Both the position numbers and the translations under genes were made by a program. A stretch of 64,000 nt of DNA from Octopus bimaculoides (Eukaryota): NCBI RefSeq assembly GCF_001194135.2, contig NC_068991.1, positions 22,502,723 to 22,566,722 on the forward strand, written 5' to 3'. The stretch's first letter is position 1. Every line of letters begins with the position of its first letter. Positions 53,081-64,000 of the stretch are shown here, piece after piece. Below the pieces are notes generated by a model. It was given only the letters and a program-made list of their open reading frames with translations, was not told where the DNA came from and did no database searches.

Positions 53081-55697
53081 CACATATATACAAGCACATA
53101 CTTCACTGTGATACTGATTATCATCACCACCATCACCATTGTCATCATAGTTTTATGCACACTTTCTATCTTGGTAAGAGTTGAACTGGTCACTGCAGTC
53201 TGAGCTCATTCTTGTTTGGAGTTACTGGTTTTCCAGACAGGTCAGAACACCACAGCTCTCTTGTATGTCCCATTTACATACACATACACACATATGCATT
53301 TCCACATGTACATGCATGCCCACACATTCACACATTTGTACCTGTACACCCCACCTCTATACACACACACACATACACACTCACACAATTTCTATGTTGT
53401 CTGAGTGACAAAAAAATAAAAAAATCACCAGCTTTGTGCATTGTTAATCGATAACTATTTGATTGTTCTTTTCACAAAGATGGATTAACAATATTGATGG
53501 AAATGTCAAAAGCTAAATGTCTGGGCATTGAAGATAATCTAATTAAAGTTTCCTTTGTCTCCTTAATTTTGTAACTATTTAATTGTCTCACATCAATATG
53601 TGCATATATTGGTGCATCCATGAATGTGTGTGCATGCATTATTGAGAGATGTATTGCAAATTCTACTTTCTATTGCACAGTAAACATTAATTTTGAGTCT
53701 ATATATTTAGTCATTAGTTAACCGTGTATGTGTGTGTATTTTTAGTTAGTACTTATTTATTGATTCCAAACTTAATTACCTTCAGATTGCATTACTCTGA
53801 CATTATCTTCATATTTCATTGTATTCTCTCTAGTTAGACAAATCTCTCTCTACTTCTCCTTCACTATATCTTCCTCCCCTCTCTCCTATATACATACTCT
53901 CTCATCTTACTTCAGCAGCTGTATGGATTTTATATCAACATTGTTGAAACTTTCACTACTTGCGTTAATGTTCTTGAAGACTGGTGTTAGTGCAGGATTC
54001 TTCTTCATCCAGTCTAACTCAGTAGAAATCACAGCTGGACAAGAACAAATTATATAAAACAGTAGTGGTGGTGATAGTGGTAATAATTGCTGTTATAACC
54101 AAAGTTCTGGTCAACTGACTCTACAAAAGTAGATTTACGATGTGGGCAGTTAAGAAAATGGATCTCTTTTAGTTTTAATCATGAGTATCCTAGTTGTTTG
54201 ATAACCTGAACTACCTGCTCATTGAATTAATAGTGTAAGTAGTTCAGTATTCCACAGACACTTGTACACTTAATATATTCCTCAGGTAGAACCACCATGT
54301 TGTAGACATGGGCATTTTGGTCAAGTTCCAACAGAAGATTTCTACATGAATCAACAAGGGAGTCTCTACTTGGCTTCTTGATCTACTAGAAACAACAGTC
54401 AAATCTCCCACATTACATCTTACCATCTAAGATAAAGGTAAAATGCATACGATTATGTAGATCAAGATATACACCTTATTTGAAAAAATTGAAATAGTCT
54501 CAGCTGAAAAGTCTTTTATCAGTCAGGGACTATTTAAAGTCTTTTATCAGTCACAGTTAATCTGGGACTATTTAAACAGCAGGAGATGATTTTAAAATTT
54601 TTAACTGGTTTATGTTCTAATTTTCTCATGAAAACATAGACTGAGAGATTTTTTCAAATTTAAACATACGCAAATTGTTATCGCAGTTGTTTTAACTGAA
54701 TATCCTGCTTACTACTAATCACTCAACTGTAAAGAATCAGGATTATGTCTGGAAATTTTGTCATTGGCAAAGTGTCAAAAAGAATTATGTGCTTTGCTTA
54801 TAGATTATAATTCAGCGGGTATAATAATACAGTGAGATTTGAATTCATTACCATGTGGTCAGTAGTTGAGCCTCTTAGCATTACATACTTCAACTGTGTG
54901 TGTGTGTGTGTGTGGATATAATCTTTTGTACATCAGTTCAGGCTGAATTTCATTGATTACATTGTCGTTTTTACTGTCTCATCACATTGTGAATATTTTG
55001 TCTTAAGATTTAGAATTTAAAGATTGAAAAGCAAATTTAAAGAACATGGGCAATTTGTCCAGGGTGATTTGATTGGCCACTGCAGGTCTTGTGATTATGT
55101 AGACACATTTTTTTTTTCACTTACTTGTCTGATATATATTTGGTCCTTGTTGTGTCAGTTGCCACGTTGCCTGTATTTTTATATGTTGAATGATGTGATG
55201 CATGAGCAAAACAAGTACTGAGGGACCCCTGTTCTGTCTACTTCAGTCCACTCTCAGCCTAGTTTTCTAAAATCTGATTTAACTGTATTACACTAAGTTT
55301 GCTAAGTTTTTCTGGTATGCAACTGGTATATCTGTGGTTAGCATACAACAAACACACACAACACATCATCAATAATAAAACTGGATGTGACCACATAAAT
55401 TGTATTCTAGTGCAGAGAAATTGTAAAGCATTTGATGACAATTGTGAGTGTAGTGATCGCTATAATAATGATGGATTGATGGTTGGTGTCAATGGCTGTG
55501 ATGACAATGAATTTGCTGCTAATGATGAAGGTGGTAATGGAAAGTGTTGTTTCATTCCGTCATAGAGCAGCCTGAATTACTTGCTAAGCCAGTAAACACT
55601 AAATTTTTCATAAAAGACTTGTTCGTAACCTTGGTGTGAAATAGTTTTTTTTTCATAGGTTTCTTTTGAGTGCATTCAACATATCTCACCTCCAAAA

Positions 55698-55808
55698 ATT
55701 TGGCTGCTATTTCTAGCTCACCCTACCACCATGTAACACTTATTTATGATAAAGGACATGTAATACCTGTTACATGGTAGCAGGGCGTGCAAGAAATAGC
55801 AGCCAAAT
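55698..55808. repeat. fold-back/MITE-like hairpin: 41-bp arms (5 mismatches), 29-nt loop
   Basis: atttggctgctatttctagctcaccctaccaccatgtaaca versus tgttacatggtagcagggcgtgcaagaaatagcagccaaat. The arm contains the tttggctgctatttctagc motif that recurs many times in the window. Confidence 0.75.
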
Positions 55809-56725
55809 CTTCCCTTTTCTGAGGAAAGGTGCCGTTTACGTGTAATTTCGATGTCACATTCGTTGAAAGCATGCGAAATAACATGGAAAAGAAAAAAAGC
55901 CCCACAGAACAAAACACCGTTGCTGGGAAACTCAGACTTCCCCAGTGACCCAAAGGGTCACGGGTAGTCTAGTAATATAATATAGTTGACTTTGGTGATA
56001 AATAATGTCAGACTATTGGACAAGACTATTAATTACTTACTCTATTATTTTGGCTGTTGTAACCATTCTTTAGTAGTAGTAGTAGTAGTAATATGATGGG
56101 TGAAGACATAATCTGTATAGTTGAGAGCTTGCTTCATAATCACATGATTCTGAGTTTGAACTCAATATGCAACATATTGGCCAAATATCTACAGTAGGTT
56201 TGGGTTGATCAATGCCTTGAATGTGAGAGCAGGTACACAAAATATGGTGCAGTAACCCATTGAATGGACTCTGCCTGTTCCTATGTAGAAACATAAGAGC
56301 AGCTATACCTATCCTTTGCTTAACTCCACCATGTAACCCATAAGTGCTTTTAGTGGAGGGGGAGGGGGTCATACTGTGGTAATCATTTAGACCTGGTCTC
56401 CAGTCCAAGGATATCTTGTGGTTTCATCTTCCCTTGTCTCCAACTTTTCTCAGATGTTTTGGAAATACTCTTAGATCTTGCTCTTCTTCATCTAATTAAG
56501 TAATTAAAGATCTTTAAAAATAATTGTGCAGATGATAATCATTTATTTATTGCATATACAAGGTCAATTTTAGCTAGGGATTGATTCAATCCCAGTATAT
56601 TTCTAGTAGTTAGTTTATTAACCCTGGAGGTTGGAAGGTGAAGTTGACTCTGACTGGAACTGAACTTAGAATGTACACTGATAAAAATAAGCATTATATA
56701 CTTCATAGCACATCACTGTTTAGAC

Positions 56726-56894
56726 CAGTAGTTTGCAACCGTTCCACAGTGGTTCCCAACCCTTTTATTTAAGTGAGTTTTCCCACGGACCCATTTTAAT
56801 ATGCTTATCCTTATGTATGTATATATATGAAATTTTGAATCTAGTTCACGGATCCCCAGTACTACTTTTGCAGACCACTGGTTGGGAACCACTG
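56726..56894. mobile_element. hAT (Charlie-type) MITE
   Basis: TIR cagtggttcccaacc (56747-56761; degenerate outer copy 56726-56740) and ggttgggaaccactg (56880-56894). 8-bp TSD gtttagac/atttagac. Confidence 0.7.
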
Positions 56895-58130
56895 ATTTAG
56901 ACCATGGTTGGGAAACCTTTTACATGCTAGACACAAATTGTAAGTGCGCTAGAACCCTATCATATTCCATGTGTATTGAGAAAAATAATGAATTTTTAAT
57001 TTTGCAAATTCATAACTTTTTACCAAATTAAAATACCATTATGGTCTTAAGGCTTAAAATATTTTTTTTTTTTTACCATATGGGCTTTTAGAGACTACAT
57101 CAGAGAGTGGTTTTAAATTCTAACATGGTTGAGGAATCCCCAGACCTAGTTTGAAACCAGTTCATTCTCTGTACAAATATAGAGGCTATATGACATGACA
57201 TTTCTGCTTTTCCCATAGGTATTAACAACAGAAAGGAGTAGTTATAACTTTCAATTGTTATAAGGTTATGGAAATTGTTATTCAAAAATTGATAAAAATA
57301 ATAATTTCTTTTGGCCATAAAAAGAATGGGCTATAGTTCATTGAAGTGATGCCAGCATATTCTTAATGTATATTGTATTGAACATGAGGCTAGTAAAGAC
57401 GAAGTCACCCACAAAACTGGAAAGGACCAAATTAGCTATCAGCAATGCACCTAATTTCATGTTCTCTTGGTTACACCAACTCCCCTGTTGCTACTGATTG
57501 CCAAAATGTTCATCAAATGAGGATTTAATAATTATCTTAGTATTTTAAAATAGAAACAAAACAAAATGTCATTAACATTGTTTACATCGAGAAAGCTAAT
57601 GAGGTTGTTTTTCCCTTTTTCTTTTTTTTCATTTATTATTGAAGTGCCAAACTGTTACAAAGCAACTATTTTCTTGTTTTGATTTTTGTTGTTGATCTGT
57701 TTATTAGATATAAATTGGGTGGGGAATAAAACAATGAGTTTCTTTTTTTATTCTTCACTTTTTATTTCTCATTATATTATATAACCAGTTAATTATAAAT
57801 AGCATCCTTTCATTTATCATCACTATAACTAATAATCACTTTTTGTTATAATCTGCTTTCACTGCTGATATAGCTTTTCTAGCATTGAAGTCTCAGAGCT
57901 CCTTGCAATATACCTGTCCCCTAACCATTTTGTATGAAGAATCTTAACTTTTTAAGATGTGACATTGGTGCAATACCCTTTTGTTAAAGGGTATTGCTAA
58001 ACACTACCTACTTATTCCTTCAATGGCTTTGACTTATTTTCTCCCTCTCTTACCAACTCTCCCAGTATCTGTTACTCTCTACAGCAAGTTTTTCAACCTG
58101 AGCAATTTCTCTTGCGTACTTCTAGGGTGG

Positions 58131-58423
58131 AGTGAAGGTGCATGGCTTAGTGGTTAGGAGTATTCGGCTCACAATTGTGCATTGTCCTTGAGCAAGACAC
58201 TTTATTTCACATTGCTTCAGTCCTCTCAGCTGGTAAAAATGAGTAGTACCTGTATTTCAGAGGGCCATCCTAATCACATTCTGTCACACTGAATCTCCCT
58301 GAGAACTACGTTAAGGGTCTGCATGTCTGTGGAGTGCTCAGCCACTTGCATGTTAGTTTCATGAACAGGCTGTTGCATTGGTCAAATCAACTGGAACCCT
58401 CATCATCATAACTGACAGTGCCA
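58131..58423 (+). mobile_element. tRNA-headed CORE-like SINE, family B (B-box region deleted)
   Basis: A-box-like tggcttagtggttag, core ccttgagcaagacactttatttcacattgc..ctcagctg, tail ..caactggaaccctcatc. Confidence 0.85.
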
Positions 58424-58613
58424 CCTCTACATTATACAAGAGAAATTACAAGTATATGCAGCGTCTGTAAAAGAACATTGGAATTTTAAAGGCACCATAA
58501 CCAACTACTTTATAATTATGCACTCTCATATTTCACAAATAGTATTTTGTAAAAGATTAACTTTGTCAAATATTTTGTTTGGAAATTTTGACTTGTAACC
58601 TGGATATAAGTAC

Positions 58614-58909
58614 AGACCCCTTTCAGTCATGAATGATCATGGGATTGCACTTAGAAAGTTCCCCTCCAAGGCACAAGTCTGGGCAAGGTTGCTTATGGAA
58701 GACCAGTCTCTCCAGTGATGTTATCCAAGAGAAAGGCAAAGGCCAATACAGCTTGGCACAGTAACATCACAACACATTTCTGCAGCTGAGTGGACTGGAG
58801 CAATGTGAAATAAAGTGTCTTGCTAAAGAACACAACATGCAGCCTGCTCGGGGAATTGAACTCACTACCTCTTGATTGTGAGCCTAAAGCTCTAACCACT
58901 GAGCCATAT
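58614..58909 (-). mobile_element. tRNA-headed CORE-like SINE, family C
   Basis: - strand head atatggctcagtggttagagc..gagttcaattccc. Colinear with 50378-50721. Confidence 0.85.
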
Positions 58910-59109
58910 AACAAATTAGACATTGTCTGTTTTATGGTATCCAACCATGTTATACTATATTTTCCACAAGGGCTTTGCAAGACAACTAGACATGACAAAT
59001 GGGCCCACTGGAAAAAACTTTGAGAACCTCTCTACTTTACAACTTTAATACTCTAACATCAAGATATAACTACAATGCCCTAAAGCCCATTTTTTCCTCT
59101 CTTGTGTGT

Positions 59110-59143
<34 letters not shown>

Positions 59144-59992
59144 CAACAAGCTCAACTCCTAACTTTGTTCAGCATAGTCAGTCTCAGGTAGGTTCTACTT
59201 CTGATACTCTGTGGTTAAATGACTAATCATGAAAGGCCCCTGTATGAAATTTTACAAAAGCTTTCTCCCAATTATAACAGGACAAACAAATGTACTCCCT
59301 GCCCCCGTCTGATGGGAGGGAGGGAGGGAGGGAGGGAGAGATGTGTGTGTAAGATTTCTCAGTAAAATTTAACAAGCTTTAAATGCCAAGGAAGTATATT
59401 AGGAAATCATATGGTTGTAGATATCTTTTGGGTGAGGTAAGACTGACTAATACAATCGTATGAAAGGGGGAACATAACTGGTGCATCACAGAATTTTCCA
59501 CACAATGACAGTCTTGATTTGTCATCAGTAACTGATTTATTGCTCACTTCAATGTCAACTCTAATCGAGCAGACAATGACAGACTTACCATGTAGCCACT
59601 CCAGATCATTTTCTTTTTGGTGTAACTAGTCTACTACATTATCTTATGTATCCTTGCTTATATTTGGTTGTTATTTATACTAGGTCAAGCAGTTGCTTAC
59701 TACTAGGTCAAACAACTGCTTAGATGTGGCTGCTATTTCTGCTAATTGAAGCAACTGCTTGTTTGACTCAGTAACTTCCTTCAAGATTTTCATTATTCAA
59801 CTGGTAAAACCCAGTAAACCGATGTAGTCAGTTGTTGTAGGATTTCCTGATTGTTATTCTTTAGCTTCAGGACAGACCAGTGATTAAAATCTTCATTCCA
59901 GCCCAGATCATCCTGTTTTTTCCTTGCAGATAATGTATGGAAGGATATATATATATATATATAAATATATATAGGGTGTGATGGGTAAATTG

Positions 59993-60937
59993 TCATCATC
60001 ATCATCATCATCATCATCATCGTTTAACGTCCGCTTTCCATGCTAGCATGGGTTGGACGATTTGACTGAGGACTGGTGAAACCGGATGGCAACACCAGGC
60101 TCCAGTCTAATTTGGCAGAGTTTCTACAGCCGGATGCCCTTCCTAACGCCAACCACTCAGAGAGTGTAGTGGGTGCTTTTACGTGTCACCCGCNNNNNNN
60201 NNNNNNNNNNNNNNNNNNNNNNNNNNNNNNNNNNNNNNNNNNNNNNNNNNNNNNNNNNNNNNNNNNNNNNNNNNNNNNNNNNNNNNNNNNNNNNNNNNNN
60301 NNNNNNNNNNNNNNNNNNNNNNNNNNNNNNNNNNNNNNNNNNNNNNNNNNNNNNNNNNNNNNNNNNNNNNNNNNNNNNNNNNNNNNNNNNNNNNNNNNNN
60401 NNNNNNNNNNNNNNNNNNNNNNNNNNNNNNNNNNNNNNNNNNNNNNNNNNNNNNNNNNNNNNNNNNNNNNNNNNNNNNNNNNNNNNNNNNNNNNNNNNNN
60501 NNNNNNNNNNNNNNNNNNNNNNNNNNNNNNNNNNNNNNNNNNNNNNNNNNNNNNNNNNNNNNNNNNNNNNNNNNNNNNNNNNNNNNNNNNNNNNNNNNNN
60601 NNNNNNNNNNNNNNNNNNNNNNNNNNNNNNNNNNNNNNNNNNNNNNNNNNNNNNNNNNNNNCTGATGCTTCTAATGTTTCAGCTTTTCTCTCAAGATACT
60701 TACACTCTGACGGGTATTCACATTGACATTACACATCCAACGGAGCATACTGGCTTCATTCCTTGCAAGCTTATGTATGTCCTCAGCAGTTACAGCCCAT
60801 GTTTCACTGCCATGTAGCATGGCTGTTCGTACGCATGCGTCATACAGTCTGCCTTTTACTCTGAGTGAGAGTCCCTTTGTTGCCAGCAGGGGTAAGAGCT
60901 CTCTAAACTTTGCCCAGGCTATTCTAGCAGCTACACT
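59993..60937 (-). mobile_element. 5'-truncated RTE-clade LINE (RT C-terminal region plus 3' UTR) spanning gap 60194-60661
   Basis: - strand 60937-60670 translates SVAARIAWAKFRELLPLLATKGLSLRVKGRLYDACVRTAMLHGSETWAVTAEDIHKLARNEASMLRWMCNV, a typical RTE post-RT domain. (GAT)n tail at 59993-60020. Confidence 0.88.
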
Positions 60938-61034
60938 TTATATTTTATATTTTTAATTTCACACATGTGCATTGTTTGTTTTTGATTTTGTCAACTACAC
61001 AGTATAGTAGGCACCATCTGAGAAAAACAGCACC

Positions 61035-61792
61035 ATGACACATTTCACTCTGCCAGAAATTTGGAAACACCATGCTCTACTGCTTGGCATTTGCACTGGA
61101 AGCTTCAGTACAAACAGATGGTGAACACACAGTACAACTGTTGGCTTGGTGTGCCCCTAAAGCATGTACTGAGAGTGATAAAAATCAAACATCCAGTCAA
61201 CATCATGATGTTTTGAGTGATCACTAGTGATGGCAACGTTATCCCTCCAGTCATCTTTCCACAAGTCATCAGACTCAACATGGTGGCCTACATCAAGTGT
61301 CTGGAAGAGGTAGTGCTGTCTTGGATCAAGACGGTGGCTGCTAGAAGACCCTATGTCTGGCAACAGGATTCTGCACCATGTCACACATGCAGGAGAACCC
61401 AATCATGGCTGTCAGACAATTTTTGTGACCACATCACCCCCTAACATCTGGCCACCTAACTCCCCAGACTGCAACCCCCTTGGTTATTATGTATGGGGCA
61501 CAGTTGAGCGAGAGCCCCCAACAGAACTCCTTGTAACACCAAAGATGAACTGAAGGCAAGGATTTTGGCTGCATTCACTAACTTAAACAAGGAGACCATC
61601 CAAGAGAATTGCAGGAGATTCCAAAGTCATCTGGAGGCCGTAGTTGAAACCAATGGCAATTTTATTGAATAAATTTACTCTTTAGTATTTCAAGATATTT
61701 TAATGTAATTCTGGTAAATATATCTGTTAAAATGAGATGTCAGTGTTATTTTCATTTTTGCGTAATTTAGAAAACAGTTTATTCACCGCACC

Positions 61793-61795
<3 letters not shown>
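61035..61795 (+). mobile_element. internally deleted, frameshifted maT/DD37D mariner-like transposon with intact 3' TIR
   Basis: Catalytic region ..ITSDGNVIPP..WQQDSAPCH-(37-residue spacing)-SPDCNPLG(D)YY..NGNFIE* (stop 61670-61672). TIR ..ttattcaccgcaccctg|TA at 61795. Confidence 0.88.
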
Positions 61796-61849
<54 letters not shown>

Positions 61850-61852
<3 letters not shown>

Positions 61853-62117
61853 CTATATTTAAGAGATGAGGAATTATGTACATTATTTATATTATTTACA
61901 TTTGATGGATATTTGTCCTCATCTTGTTTGTTGTTAACACAATGTTTCGGCTGATATATCCTCCAGCCTTCATCAGGTGTCATGAGGAAATTTTGAACTT
62001 GGGTTCTCGTTCCTAAGGTATTTTTCGATGTTATTATTATTATTCAGGTCACTGCCTGGAACCGAACTCGGAATCTTTGGGTTAGTAGCCTGCACTCTTA
62101 ACCATTATGCCATATGC
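61850..62117 (-). mobile_element. tRNA-headed SINE whose 3' half carries a hammerhead fold; (TA)n tail at 61796-61849
   Basis: A-box TGGCATAATGG (62112-62102), B-box-like GTTCGGTTCC (62067-62058), (TAA)n linker, then the hammerhead. Confidence 0.75.
61936..61981 (-). ncRNA. minimal type I hammerhead ribozyme fold (helix III mismatch in this copy)
   Basis: - strand: GACAC-CUGAUGA-A-GGCUG-gaggauauau-CAGCC-GAAA-CAUU-GUGUU. Confidence 0.7.
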
Positions 62118-62330
62118 TCTCCTCATCCATACACAGCACATGACCATATCAACACAGATGTCTGTCTTGTACACCACATCTGATACTTCTTATGTCCAAC
62201 ATTTCTCTAAGGGTGCTTACACTGTCATGTATGCACACTGACATTGCACATCCAGTGGATCATATTCGCTTCATTTCTTTCAAGTCTACACATGTCCTCA
62301 ACAGTCATGGCCCATGTTTCACTGCATATA
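62118..62330 (-). mobile_element. degenerate RTE LINE RT C-terminal fragment
   Basis: - strand reads SETWAMTVEDMCRLERNEANMIHWMCNVSVHT, homologous to 60700-60830. Confidence 0.8.
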
Positions 62331-63297
62331 CACATCCCTAATCTTACTCCTTTCTACATCTCTCTCTCTCTGTCTTTCTCTCTCTCTTTCTTTCTCTCTT
62401 TCTCTTTCGTTCTCTCCCCCTCTTCCTCTCTCTCAATTAATGGCTATTTGAATCAAGTAATTACTTTATAGTTTATGAAATTTCAACTTTTTATTGGCCT
62501 AATTTTGGATTGTTTGATTTCCATTTGTTTTACCCACTACTCCCACCAATTTCTATTATTTTTTTTTTTTTTTTTTTTTTTGTTGGGTTGTGTGGATATT
62601 ATACCTAGAGAAGTGAAATAAACTGATGGCAATTATGCAACAATTTTTTTTCCTGTTTCTTGAATATTTCAAACAAACTTGCTTGTTATGAAACTGAAAG
62701 TATTGTCTCTTTTATTTGTCTCTCTTTTCACATGAACATCTTGACTGCTTCTATGGGTGTGGATATAGCAGCAGAAAAACTCAGTGCTCTCTACGTAGAT
62801 GCACTTTATACACTACAAATGCATAAATGTACATACATGCATTTGACAAATATAAATATGTGCATGTACATACATGCACGTATACAGCTATGTACATGCA
62901 TGTACATATGCACACTGCAATGTACATGCACACATGCACGTACATATGTACACATGCAAATATGCACACTGGAACATATTAGAGGGAGAAGGAGGGAGAA
63001 AGAAACACGATGATCAAACCACTGTTACATGCTTTTGGTATGAAAGCATTAGCTTTCTTCAGCTGTTGGACTAATTCACAAACACACACTACAGTAAAAT
63101 TAAACAAATAAAATGGTTCGAAATAAAACAGAATTCTAAAAGCAAGTTGAGTTTCAAACATATTGACCTTGAAAAGAACATGGGGAGAGGGAAAGAGAGA
63201 GAGAGCCAGACGGGTAGACAGACAGAGAAGGAGAAGGGGTTAGTGAACTGTTAAGCAAGCAGGTTGGGTAGTGGAATAGACAGGTGCTGAAGAAAGC

Positions 63298-63329
<32 letters not shown>

Positions 63330-63351
63330 GCCTTCCATTGCACACCTGTCT

Positions 63352-63395
<44 letters not shown>

Positions 63396-63709
63396 GTATG
63401 TGTGTAACCTGTCTGGAAGTACCAAGATTCTTTCTTTGAGCACTTGTTTGTTTGGGATGTTGTTTTAATTTTGTTTCTTTTTTTTCTTTCTCTTTGAAAT
63501 GTTCAGCTGTGAGATGTGCCAAAACTTAGTTCTGAATTGGTGTTATTTAAGTATCATGAAAACATCTTGTATTCTTCTTCTTCCAACCAAAGCACTTGAT
63601 GTACAGAATGTAGAAGGGCAGGTTTGGCTGGTCAATTTGTTGGACAGTGAGGAAGAGGTAGTAGCCTAAAGCTGAATACCTTTCATCATAATCATCATCA
63701 TCATTATTA

Positions 63710-63895
63710 TTACTAAGGTGGCTAGCTGGCAGAAAATGCTTTGCAGCATCTCTTCTGAGTTCAAATTTAGCAAAGGTCAACATTACCCTTCATATTTTTT
63801 TGTGGTAAATAATTTAAAGTACCAGTAAAATACTGGGGTTGATGTAATCAGTATCCCCCACCCAAATTGCTGGTATTGTGCCAAAATTTGAAACT
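63710..63895 (-). mobile_element. (TAA)n-flanked ~200-bp repeat copy
   Basis: Reverse complement of the 1558-1750 family, with (TTA)n on both sides. Confidence 0.7.
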
Positions 63896-64000
63896 GTTAT
63901 TATTATTATTATTGAGTGAGAAAGCAGTGCATGCCATCAAAGTGACTGGGGTACAAATATATGAAACCCAATATACCCATCATGACTACCCGTCTAATAA

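Noticed and set aside
58131-62117. tRNA-like sequences at SINE heads as tRNA genes
   Set aside because: No complete cloverleaf or acceptor stem. They run directly into SINE bodies.
69-63783. Most ORFs in the supplied six-frame track (YIYI, CVCV, HTHT, SLSL, ERER, PSF-rich and X-filled ORFs)
   Set aside because: They are translations of (TA)n, (TG)n, (CT)n, (TTCC)n repeats or N gaps, with no splice or homology support.
39098-64000. Search for the next PACS exon (YPHFLKR...) and, upstream of 28647, the first coding exon (MNLFATWEVD...)
   Set aside because: No matching codon strings were seen by eye, so they are presumed to lie outside the window. A TBLASTN would settle this.

Overview
Eukaryotic, AT-rich, CpG-depleted, microsatellite-rich intronic DNA with 9 assembly gaps. 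The repeat families I recognise point to an octopus/coleoid cephalopod genome (inference). The only confidently identifiable gene is a PACS (phosphofurin acidic cluster sorting protein) orthologue on the + strand: two coding exons at 28647-28734 and 39008-39097. Its first and fourth coding exons were not found in the window. A candidate in-frame 15-nt microexon lies at 21287-21301. The rest is intron filled with tRNA-headed CORE-like SINEs, 3' fragments of an RTE-clade LINE, two defective maT/DD37D mariner-like transposons, piggyBac- and hAT-type MITEs, a (TAA)n-flanked repeat forming a six-copy array, and simple repeats. The most notable unexplained signal is a set of minimal type I hammerhead-ribozyme folds in three unrelated short elements, each ending at a (TA)n tract: a 357-nt terminally redundant retrozyme-like unit (45180-45560, -), a tRNA-headed SINE (61850-62117, -) and a CpG-decayed copy (290-322, +). 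Nearly all ORFs in the supplied track are translations of microsatellites or gaps. All alignments were done by eye; nothing was run computationally.
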